64,000 nt of DNA from Haplodiscus bocki (Eukaryota), in NCBI GenBank assembly GCA_965655095.1, contig OZ296655.1:62062001-62126000 (forward strand). Direction: 5' to 3'. A model generated the notes under the pieces. The model did not search any database. It saw only the letters and a program-made list of their open reading frames with translations, and was not told the DNA's origin. The translations under genes were made by a program, and so were the position numbers. Below, in pieces: positions 53,200 through 64,000 of the stretch (position 1 is the first letter of the stretch; each line of letters starts with the position of its first letter).

Positions 53200-54752
53200 G
53201 GAAATTATGTGTTTAATTGATGCTGATATCATTTGTTGTATGAACTAACTATCATCTGCCACGCAATATGCGCGGTCTTTGCTAAATGAAATTCGCAATG
53301 CTTTCCCACTTACAGGAATCGCTCTGAGGAAAAGAGTCTACAGGTCTTTCAATTGAGGTGTTTGCCCCTTTGCTCTGAGTCATGGTATCATAACGCCCAG
53401 CTTCGGAATTGTCGAGCAAAAAGAGTTTCTCAACTAAAAGGCGACTACAAAGATACGTTCTCCCTCAAAAGTTGAAGAAAACCTGATTGCCTTAGAGCTA
53501 ACTGACTTCATAAAATGCTGCAATTTATTTGACTTCTCACAAAGTGCCTAGGAAGCCTATCACTCTACCGAATTTGCTCTTTTTCACATTTCAATTTCTT
53601 TAGTATGGAAATTGAACAAACGTGAAACTTTTTGGTGAGCTGCTTAGACTTTCCTGCTGCATATGACATGGTGGCACTTGCTATGATGGTAAAACAATTG
53701 CCTCAAGCTTGTGTCCTTGACGAAACTCTACTTTTGGTCAGAACGAATTTAATGGATGTAACTCAGTTACTTCTGATTGATGAATTTTTTTGTTCAAAGA
53801 TTGATCTAGGAAAAGTCCCTAGGGCTCTGTGCTCAAGCCATTGTTGTTTGTTTTTCATCTAACTTCATTATGTCATTGTTTGGAATTTTCTTCATTGTGT
53901 CATTGTTTGACATGTTCATACCTTTCAAATTAATCATCGTTTTTTTTGCTGATGTCATAGTTTTATTCATTGACAATGACCGTAGTTGATTTGCTGAGTC
54001 ATTTCATAATGCTGATTGTGTTTTCAGCCACATTCATTGGCTATCACTTGATCCTCAACTTAAACTCGGAAGTGCAAAATTGCAATAGACGTTGGTATAC
54101 AAAAAAAGATCACAGAATTCAAAAGCTAAACTTGAGCAAGCCTCAGCGACAATCTATTCTCTGAGAGTGTCAGATGCGTTTTCTGATCGCAAGTGGTCGT
54201 TTTCGAATTATGTTGACAACATATATTCAACTTGATTTTTCACCTACATATAATATTATCGCTCAGACGTCTACTGAGCAACTTGTAGTTCTAACGTTTT
54301 TCTTTGATCGTCAGGACTATTGCAGTCTTCTGCTAAACGAGATTCCACAAAATTTAGTACTGAATTTACAAGGGAGTCAAAATCGCTCAATTTGTTTCAA
54401 TTCTCAAGTTGTTTAACTCAATGTTATACCAACGATTTTACAGAAGCTACACAGGTTAATAGTTGACAAAACGAACAAATACAAAATCCGTACAATCTTG
54501 TTTTGATTGTATCTTTCAGAATCAGCGCATGCTTTTTACCTAGATATCTTTTTCACCAAAAAATTGCGCTCCAGTTAGTTTCATCCGAATGAGATATCTT
54601 CGCTTGTTGAAGTACCCTGATTTGCAAACAGTTTCGAACACTATTTTAATGAAAAATATGGCGCAGTTCCTTCGAATGCTTTTCTGAAACCGTTAAAAAA
54701 GAAGAGAATCTGAATGGTTCCAGAAGATAAATGAAGACTCATCTTTTTTGAA
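53200..54752 (+). mobile_element. Highly decayed L2-clade LINE RT and C-terminus
   Basis: NLFDFSQSA*EAYHSTEFAL (cf. QSAYRxxHSTETAL), CLDFPAAYDMV (cf. LLDLSAAFDTV), DYCSLLLNEIP...LQGSQN (cf. DYCNSLLxGLP..LQxxQN), and terminal MKTHLF. Confidence 0.7.
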
Positions 54753-56205
54753 TGATGGCGACTTTGTGTTTCCTTAAAAAATGAAAAGAAATCAATTGAT
54801 TTTTCCGTCAGAAAAAAATGTGATTGTTAGTGGAATCGGTTTCCATTCTGTTTATGACACTGCAGTGTACACATATCAAAAATGAGCCAACAACAATCTC
54901 TAGCAACCCATCACTTTATCTTTACATTTAAGCTCAGAAGTAGAGCTGAAAGTTTGACAAAGTGCCTTTCCAAGGCGCAACCTGGCGTCCTGACTGTCAC
55001 ACCACATCTCCGGTTTCCATACAATCTATCAAGGCTAAAAGACTAGTTGGTTTTTGCTATACTAAACCCTCATCAAGGGAGTTCAGCCCTGGCTATCACA
55101 AATCGAGGAATGCTATTGGTTCGACCGACCCTTTCCGGCTCTGCCACTAAACAATCTGTTACTCTGTTTAGCCAATAAAGCAACGATACGGAGTTGAAAG
55201 TATTCAAAACTAACTTTTCCGGTCCCGAAATCATGTGCTAGTTCCACAATACAGTGCCAATTTCCAATCAATGAATCTAAATACACTTACAAACTCAGTG
55301 TTTGCTTTACAACGCAGTTGAACACAAATGTTATTGGCCATGCGCATCGTGTCGGTTTCTGAAGACCTTTTAAACTTTCATCGGAGGAAAGGAACGTTTT
55401 CTGTTTTTTTTCAACGTTTCCAAAACTGAAAGAGTAATTTTTGAATGACTGAAAAGTGGCCAGCGAATGTAGAATTGTGGGTATCAAGGCTTGCTGTTGC
55501 TCTGTTTTGATGGAAACAAAACCAGTTTCTGATCGCATGTCAGATGACTAAGCCTCAAGGTTCTCGAGGCATTCTCTTTTTTAAAAATCAATTCAAATGG
55601 TCTTGAGTTCAGGATTTTATCAAACTGTCAAAAAAGTTGGGCATTTCTCAATTCTCTGACAGATGTTGCCCATTAACATCTGTCGCAGTATACCTGCGAA
55701 GCCTACGGGCATAAAGAAAGAAAAGGACGTCCCCAGATTGCCTGAAAATTAGAAAAAAAATGTATCATTACTTTAGACTTTTCCATTTCCATTCATATAT
55801 TAATATTGCAGTAATATATCATTGCTTTTACATGTAGTTGATAAGTATCAAATACGTATCACTCCCCAGTACATTTTCATACAAATTCCACGTATTTTAT
55901 ACGTAGCATTCCCGTGTACAGAACCAGATTGGGACGCAAATTTTACGTAACGAACACGTACCTACCTAGCAGCTACTCTAAGCTAGGAATGAATATTTTG
56001 TTACGTGCGCGTTACGTCGCTACCGATCTGGTGACTTCACAAAACTTTCAACCAATCCGCTGTGCTTTTACGCTGTTTCACTTTGGACGGACACGGGACG
56101 TCTACGTAGCCACCAGAATCATTCTCCTCCGTAGTACTGCGGAAGGCAGTGCTACAAGCGGCTACGTAGTCGCCACGGAACGCTCCGGCCAAAGTCATGC
56201 GTGAG

Positions 56206-56252
56206 CTAGTTAAAACGTGGAACGGGCTAGGAAAAAGCCTAGTTCCGTTCCA
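56206..56252 (-). mobile_element. Helitron-type 3' terminus (hairpin followed by CTAG)
   Basis: Hairpin TGGAACGGGCTAGG-AAAAAG-CCTAGTTCCGTTCCA at 56218-56252. On the minus strand it is followed 8 nt later by CTAG. Confidence 0.4.
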
Positions 56253-56821
56253 AAAGTGGATTAAATCGATGCAATAGTATTACCAAGCATGTAATTATGA
56301 TTTTCTATGATTATTTTAGTGTATTTTATTTAATTTTGGTGCATTTTTCAATACTTTCCTCTTATGGAAAATCTTTTTGATCATTTGTTTGTTATTATTT
56401 ATTGTGTCGGCGGGGGAATAATCACTTTGATATCCATTTCCGACTGATCAGACCCGTAAATTTTCCGTCGAAAGATGGAAAAGACGCGGTCTGTAAAGGA
56501 AGAAATGGAGGGAAAGTTGTTTATTTCCCGCCAGAGTCAGCATATTTCCTTTGTAATTATTATGATTAAAGTACTTTTCCCTACTTTGTACCTTTACTTG
56601 GCTTGTAAACAATTTTTTTCCTGCCAAGGAAAGGGTATAAATAGGAGAAATGAAAGTACTAGATGGGAGATCCATAATATCACTTTGATTATCAGCTGAC
56701 TGTACTGATTGCGACTAATTGTTTAATTTAAGGAATAACATTTTTGTTATAATCTCAAGTTTTTGAACAAATACAAAATAATTCAGTCTTCAAAACTGCG
56801 TAGCATTTTCCCTTCAAAAAG

Positions 56822-57134
56822 ATGGCAATGTTGAGAAACAAACGAAAGTTGGCAGCCGTTACAAGAGAAACACAAGAAGAAAATCCTAGGAACGGCCAGT
56901 CACGAAACACGTCCGTTCCCAGAATTAACGAGGAATATATCACACAAGTTTCTGAGCAGATTGAAGGCAGAGTAATTTAAAAAACTGTCCCAGGATTTCA
57001 GCCGGACAGAATCCCGCATTTTGGGCGGTCTGTCTAAATTAGACGAATTTCTCTTGAACCAACAGATAACGACGCATTCCGGAACCGTTCCGGGAACATT
57101 CCGGAACACAAACGTGGAAAACCAGGGAACGAAT
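56822..57134 (+). pseudogene. Truncated coding fragment, possibly the gag-like N-terminus of a retroelement
   Basis: MAMLRNKRKLAAVTRETQEENPRNGQSRNTSVPRINEEYITQVSEQIEGRV, a 1-nt frameshift, then KKLSQDFSRTESRILGGLSKLDEFLL...NQGTN, cut abruptly at 57135. The family assignment is inference only. Confidence 0.35.
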
Positions 57135-57335
57135 GCCCGGGTCGAACTTTTTTAGGAAAACGCCGCTAATTTTCCGGTATAGTGGCGTTAACGCCGCTAA
57201 CGCCGTCAACTTACAAGCAAAACGCCGTTAACGCCTTTATACTGACAAGCAAAACGCCGTTAACGCCTTTATACCGACAAGGAACGCCGTTAACGCCGTT
57301 AGCGTTCCGGTTGAAGGCCGTTAACGCTGTTATAC
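57135..57335. mobile_element. Probable DNA-transposon end with subterminal AACGCCGTTAACGCC repeats
   Basis: CCCGGGTCGAAC is followed by at least five copies of the palindromic GTTAAC-centred motif, including a ~32-bp tandem unit. The partner end was not seen. Confidence 0.5.
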
Positions 57336-57419
57336 CAGAAAAAACTTGTGTCTTCAAAAAATCTGATTTTCTCACTCCATGAAGAATGAGAAACTCATGG
57401 TCAATCATGTCTTTGACAA

Positions 57420-58870
57420 AGGATTACGAAGCTTTTAGAGCATATTTCCTCCAAAATGTGGAAGAACTGCAGGAGACTGGAGTCTGGGCCTGAACGTGGC
57501 TGCATTGGTAGTGTCATTGATTTTGCCATGGCCAAGCAAGTTTACCAAAAAAATGATAATTTTACGACATGACTAGCTGGAGTCTTGCAGAAGTTTTGAC
57601 AGTTTTAACCTGGAGACCTCCTTAAAAAAATTAGTTTATTAGTTCCTGGTTACAAGGTCCAACTTCATTTGTTGCCTTTGAGGTTTTGTGGTTCCTTTGT
57701 TTTTTTCTCTATTGCCAAGCGTGGAAGTTTTGAGTTTTTGGGCTGGAAGAATCAAACGGTTATTAGGTGAAACCAATACTTTCGGAAGGACCTTCATATT
57801 TTGTCATTTTTGTTTGTAATGATAGGGCTTTGAATTTGCGCCTGCATGTGGTGGTCATGTTAGCATCAGTGACCATCTCATAAGCACCCAAGACTACATA
57901 AAAGTTGAAAACGTCGGGACTTGATTTCTTAGCTCCATTCTGGCAAAGTTCCAACAGTTTTGATCTGAAGGCCTTCTTTCAAGTTTTGTCTAGTTTAATT
58001 CTTACTGTTTACAAGGGCCATATTCAGTTGTTGTTTTTAGGGCCGTGTGCTCCACGGGTTTGTTTGGCCAGGCTAAAAGTTTATTTTGTTTTTTTTTCGT
58101 CTGAAATCTTCAAACGGTTTTCACGGTGAAACCCATATTTTCGGAAGGTCCTTCATTTTTTGTCATTTTTGTTTTGTAATGATGGGGCTTTGAATTTGCG
58201 CCTGCACGTGGTGGTCAAGTTAGCGTCAGTGACCATGTCATAGCCACCCAAGACTACATAAAATTTGAAAACGTCGGGACTTCGCTTCTTAGTTCCAGTT
58301 TTGCAAAGTTCTAACAGTTTTGATCTGATTGCTTTTTTCTCAATTTTTTTTAGTTTAAGTCGCCCTGTTTGCAGAGGAAATGAAAATTTGTTGCTTTCAC
58401 AATCCTTGCGTTCAACTGTTTTATTTGTGTAAGGTCGAGAATCTTTTTTTCTGCTTTTTTGGTCTGGAGCTTCAAACGGTTTCCCCGCTAAATCCATGTT
58501 TTCGGAAGGTCCTTCTTTTTTTGCACTTTTAGTGTAATGTTGATACTTTGAATTTGTTCCTGTGTATTAGAGCCCCGCGACTATCACTCAACATGTCTCA
58601 ACCAGTTGAAACTGTTTGAAAGCAGCAACTGCAGAGATTTGACCAACTAGGTTGAGTTTCCCAAAGGTGCTACAGCCTCAATTCCTACATCTTTTTTCGT
58701 CCGTTTCCAGTCTTTTTCAACCGGTGACAAGTTGGTTTCTGTTGACGGTTTGTGGGCCCCACTTTTCTTCAAACTTGTTTGCTATTGCAAAATTGGTACG
58801 CTTTGTGAATTAGTCTAGTCTGTGAAGAATTGTTTTTTCTTTTTCAGCAATACTCCTGCTTTTCATTATC
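57420..58870 (-). repeat. ~360-bp tandem repeat (2 good and ~2 diverged copies) encoding a repeated ~120-aa domain, decayed
   Basis: TTCGGAAGG(A/T)CCTTC at 57781, 58140 and 58502. ORFs 57763..57954 and 58153..58497 share ELC..G.KK.SPDVF.FYVVLG.Y.MVTDAN.TTTCRRKFKA. Confidence 0.8.
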
Positions 58871-61800
58871 TTTCATTGGCCTTGAAAAATTTTTCGCGCT
58901 TTTACGCATAAGCTAGGCCAGTGTTAGCGATGTCAAAAGCATGAATAACGTTGCACACACTTCGTGGACTTTCCACAAACGTCTTTTGACATTCTCTGCT
59001 CCGGAATACAGAAGTCGAATTAGCAAGAAAGGCTGAAATTTTTTCTTTTTCCTGTAAAAAAAATTTTCTTCATGAAAGAAGGAACTGTCGCAAAATCATA
59101 CCTCGACCTTGTTGAATGGATGATAGCATTTATTTATAAGACAGCGAGTATAAAACAACCGAACTTTAAATCTGCGCGAAAAAAAGGCGACAATTCCCAA
59201 GTTTCTTGGTCAGAAAGAATGGCTTTTTTTAGAAAGTAGGTTTTTTGAATAGCACCTATCGCTTTCTTATGTTTATGATATTACTTAAAACATAAACTCA
59301 AAAATAGCGTGCGAAATACAATAAGAGAACAATGGGTTGTGTTGTAATAATGAATACACACTTGATTGGCCAAAGTTTTCGTCGTCAAAAACATGATACT
59401 ACTTCGAAAAAGCGGAAACAATGAAAGACTGACTATTTTCATCAAATGTTGTGAACCTTGCCGGAAAAACGAACAAATCTTGTGAACACTCTTAGAAAAA
59501 AGACGGAACTGGCAAGCTTGACAGTGAGACAAAAAACATTGCAAACACGTTTCCTCGTGTCCGAAAGCAATTTTTTCTTTTTGAAATAGGTGTTTGTATT
59601 GGCTACGCAAGTTTCTATGGATAAATTTTAAGTTATGGATTAACCGTCAAGTTACCTTGTGGATCTTATGTTTAAAAATAATGAGGCCTCAGAGGCTCAA
59701 AAATAGGAGACGAACGGCCAATTAGTTTCCTTGTCTGAAAGGTAGCTCTTCTTCTTGATGATGGGCACTTGTACGGACAGTGTAAGTGCAGCAGACATGA
59801 CATCGTAACTTGTTAAGCAGTTGTTCAAAGAACTCAGTGGCCTTGACCTTTAAGTTTGCGGAACACGTTGCTCGAGTGTGAGAAAAAAGGCAACAATTCG
59901 TTTTCAGTTCAAAGGTAGCGTTTCTTCTCAGAAAAATGCGCGTTTTTTCACGCCGTAGGTTTCACAGAATTTATGCTACCTTTTGTGGAAGAACTTTTAG
60001 AAGAAAGTTTTGGTGAGCTGAAAGTGTGCCCTAAAATTTCTCATACTCGATTATTGGTGAAATGATTGACGATAGGTTTTCCTCCGTCGTAAAGAAAAAT
60101 TTTTTACAATTTCAACTGCTGCGACCTACTGCATAGGTTTGAAGGCGTAAGTGATTGTATTGCTTGCAGAATTGGACTAATCATCACAATACTTTGTTGA
60201 AATCAAGAAAAAGCGCAATGACCCCTCTCATAGTTGACACTAAGAGTGATGATTGGCCATTTATTTCTCTTCGACTAAACGGTAGCATTTTTTGAAAAAA
60301 CTTGTCTCGGAGACTGCTAAGGTGCAACAGTATTGATATTTTAATTCGCAAAAATTATGTCATAACCCATATGGACCCTGTTTGGATATGAGAGTGGTTT
60401 TTTGCTGTCTAAATTGGTGGAAATTGTTGAAAATTTTTTGTCAGTTCCACAGGCTTCAGTTTTTCTTCTCGAAACCTAATCTTCTTGATTTTTGTCATGG
60501 CGTTGACAAATTGTGATTTGTCATTAAAACTTTTGAACAAATTTTTCGTAGAGTCCATTTTTTTCTCAGTTTTTTTTCCATTGCAACTCGCGGCGAAAGT
60601 ATTGCGAGATGTTCATCGGTCGGAGAAGTTGTGTTTCGCCTTGCAAATTGTTGCGCTCAATGTATGACAACCTGTTTCAGAAGGCACACTGCTTCAACCG
60701 AAAGCATCTGTATTTCTGAGGCAATTCCATGGATTCTTCGAAGTCGTAGTCAAACGTATTTTTTGATCCCGTGTTAGATGTATTTCTAGCGTTTCCAATA
60801 GTCGACTCAACTTTCGTCCGATGTCGGGAATAAAAAGTTGCTTTACCATTTTTTTCCTTTTCTGACAACACTTTTTTTAAAAAAAATGTTGTAGACAATT
60901 TTCATACTCTGCCAAAATAGGTCAACGGGGCGACTTGGTAGGTTTGGAGCAATTTTCGATTCCGCGCATCCTGAAGCTGATGGATACGTAAGGTTGTTTT
61001 TGAGCTTTTGGGGTCTCATGGAAAAAGATCTAAAGTTTGAATTATCATGAATTGGTTTATGGTAAAGATCTAAACTTTGAAAATGGCCAATTTTGTCCTC
61101 TGAAAATGCAAAACGGTGACTTCGAAACAATTTTTATTCAACTAAGTCTGCCGCTGCTCTAATTAGATTTTTCTTGAAGACATCAATGTTTTGGATTCTT
61201 CTCACAAGTTCAAACATTGTCTGGCCTTTTTTCTGTGATAACTTCTCGCTTGGCTCAATTCATGTAGAACGGCTCCTGATATCTCAAATTTTTTTGTCGA
61301 ATCTGTGGCTTATAATTGTAGGTTTTCTGTAATTTGTAACAGCCGTAAATAACCTGAGAGACTGCTTCGTTTGCAAAATTAGATAAAGATCTTAATAGTA
61401 GTAGTAGCATAATAAGCACACTCCCTCCTGACACCATGAAGGAAGGAAAAACGCCATCTGCAGCAAAACGCCAGTTTTTTGACGCCACCCTATGAGAAAA
61501 ATGCCTTTAGACTTCAAATTTCATCGGAAAGCTTCGGAATGGACGGATCCTTCAATTTCAGCGTTGATCCATGTAAAAACATTTAATCTGAAGCATAAAA
61601 ATTGACATTTTTGTTTTACTTTCAAAATCCGGTGCAATTGGCGCTATACTGGCTTTAATAATACCGGAAGATGGAAAACTGCCATTTTTGCGGACGGCTC
61701 CCTGAAAGCAGTCGGTTAAGTTGTAAAATGTCAGAGAAACTGAAAAGAAAACTTTTCATTACGCTATTATTTTCAAATGTCGCGCACTTTTGTGTGTCGC

Positions 61801-62339
61801 ACCAGGAGAACAAAAGCTTATTTTGTCAACTGCGTGGAAGAAAACAGTTAAACTGTTCTGAATAGTTACAAGAAGTTGTTCCTAATTCGGTAGAATTCTT
61901 TCCATAAGCTGGTGCAAGCATCGTTCGCTGGCAAGCTCCAGTATGTTTGTTTTCACGGAAACACGAAACCACTCCAATTTTGAAGCAAATGGTGATTTTT
62001 GAAGTTAGAGTTTGTTACGAAAACATCAGGGGTGGCCATTCACAAGTCCGAGAAAAGTTTTGCTCGCGTAAGTCCGAAAAAAATTTAGCTATTCTATTGT
62101 AGTACTCACTATTGAGACTTGTCCATTGGGCACTACCAGATCTTCCGTTCCGTTCTTTCCTAGGGCAGCATGAATGCTCTTACTACACTCGGATTTTGTT
62201 AAGGGGAGCTTTTGTGACAATTCAGTTTTTGAAATACTTGACACTCTACATCGAAAAAAGGGATTCGAAAATGCGCGAGCATGTAAAACGCCTAAATTTG
62301 TTTGGTTGATTTCAATTGACAGCAAAACGTTATTTGATC

Positions 62340-62670
62340 TTTCAGATTTGAGGACCGACACCATTTTTTAGATCCCCTTTGCGTTTTTCAGATTTTACAT
62401 TCTCGTTTTTTGAATTTTGTACCCTTGGACCCTACTCTCTTTTTTAAGATCTTTTAACCGTTTTTCATATCTTCTCGTTTTTAGATCTTATTCCCGTTTT
62501 TGAGATCTTATTCTTGTCATTTTTTATTTGTTTTTCTCCCTTTCACATCTTATTCTTGTTAGTTTCATTCCAGTATAGCTCATTCGGTTTTAACAGTATA
62601 GCTTATTCCATTCGGTATTACCATTTTAGCTCATTCCGTTCGATGCTACCATTATAGTTCATTCCTGTTG
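62340..62670. repeat. Two short decayed minisatellites
   Basis: TTTTAGATCTTATTC-like units at 62340-62560, and TATAGCTCATTCC-like units at ~62574, 62597, 62625 and 62653. Confidence 0.5.
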
Positions 62671-62899
62671 GGAATATACATTCATTTCTCGGTTTTAAAG
62701 GTCATTTGAGTGTCTATAACTTTTGCACAATCTTACTTTTCCGAAGTCTATTATGTTCTACCAGACAAAACTCAGGTTAGTTTTCTCAGTTTTTGTTAGT
62801 TTTTTTTGAGATGTCCTTGTTGGCTTCAGAGGTTAGGAATCTCCTCATTCCTGTTACCTTTTTTTCGATCTGAGATTTCGCATGCTTTTAAATGAGGGT

Positions 62900-63600
62900 G
62901 AAATTTCATCATTTTCAGTTAACTAATCGCAAATTAGACTTTATTACTTGGCATCTCATGACCTGTAATTAGATAGTCTTTCCTTTTTTGGATCTTGGTC
63001 CTTTGTTTTCTGGGCTTTATCTCACAGTGGAAAAAAATGGGGACCTTCTCTTTTCTTTCACTCCAGTAACGAAAACTTAGGAAGACTTCTCCGTATACTT
63101 GGAGAAAAAAGTCGATGGCCTTCTCCTGGTTTCAAATATTTAGGTTGTCCTAACTACGTTAAATTCACTTATTATTAAAAAGTCAGACTCATGACTTCAG
63201 ACTATTTACTGATGAATTAATGACAATTTGGACTTTTTTCAGTTGGCCCCTGTTAATGCGACTTGGACGGTGATTTTGGGTTGTCTCAACGGTGATAATT
63301 TTGTGCAAAAACTTGAATGCGATCGAAGCTAATTTTTTCTGTGATTAGACAATATCAAGCGAGTGACAAGTCAGCCGGCTAATTACTTGTGTTCCTTTAC
63401 TTCACTGCTTCACTGTCCAGAATAATAAACTACTGTATTGTTGTGGGAAGATTCTTAACTAGCCGTGGTTTTCCATGTTTTGGACTTGAATTTAGCAGTG
63501 CTGAGTAAGGAAACAGAAAACGTTTTCATTCAGAGATGATAGTGAATTTTTGAATGATTTATTAAAGATGAAAAGTCGAGAAGAATGGTACAACTTTCAA
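62900..63600 (-). mobile_element. Possible very old LINE AP-endonuclease remnant
   Basis: Scattered motifs in the expected order on the minus strand: VYYSG, DFLIISEFNV (cf. IxGDFN), KDYLI (cf. IDYI) and SNLRLV (cf. SDHRLV). Confidence 0.25.
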
Positions 63601-64000
63601 CTAGGTTTCCTTGGTAGGGTCTTGTTACTTTTAGGATAAATTCAGTTTCTAGTTTTCTGGTGACTGTTGTTTGTGTTGCGCTGAGTTGCTTCGCGTTGGA
63701 ATATAGCGCACGTTAGATTCTCAAAAAGGTTGTTTCAATTGGAAGCAAGCTGTTCGGCCTTTCCAAAATCACCGATCTTCGGTTTGATGAAAAGAAAGTG
63801 CCTCAAAGTAGGCATTTAGTCATTGGATATACCATTTCTGTGCCTAACGGGGACAGAAATCTAATTTACAATTTTTTTGAGTGACTCGGTTCTGTTTATT
63901 GCATTTTAAAACTTCCTTGCAATCGATGCATTTTCAGATTTTCAAATTTGTTGTGCAATTCACTCGGCTTCAATGGAACCGAGGAGCCGGCAAAAAGTGA

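Noticed and set aside
54960-55155. tRNA or tRNA-derived SINE (A-box-like TAGTGGCAGAGC on the minus strand)
   Set aside because: No cloverleaf and no convincing B box at the proper spacing.
59281-62371. Short ORFs as a transposase or gene
   Set aside because: No DDE, zinc-finger or other motif was recognised in any frame I checked.

Overview
AT-rich animal (invertebrate-like) genomic DNA in two halves. Bases 1 to ~31,010 are one long tandem array of a diverged 18-bp monomer (consensus ~TTCGGACCAAWTACCAAT). The monomers are organised into ~30 units of ~0.8-1.05 kb and then into 1792-, ~2039- and 2233-bp super-repeats, decaying into unorganised monomers at the right edge. Its many short ORFs are hexapeptide echoes of the monomer and are not called as genes. 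The right half has one clear intact gene, NUFIP1 (36248-38539, minus strand, 763 aa in one ORF). It is surrounded by decayed mobile elements: a Maverick/Polinton relic (integrase, packaging ATPase), two complementary Penelope halves with hammerhead-like LTRs, an APE-RT LINE with PHD/CCHC ORF1 and an extra upstream SGNH-like ORF, CR1 and L2 fossils, a Helitron-like end, a DNA-transposon-like end and a ~360-bp protein-coding-like tandem repeat. All family calls come from motif recognition by eye, with no database searches; element boundaries are approximate.
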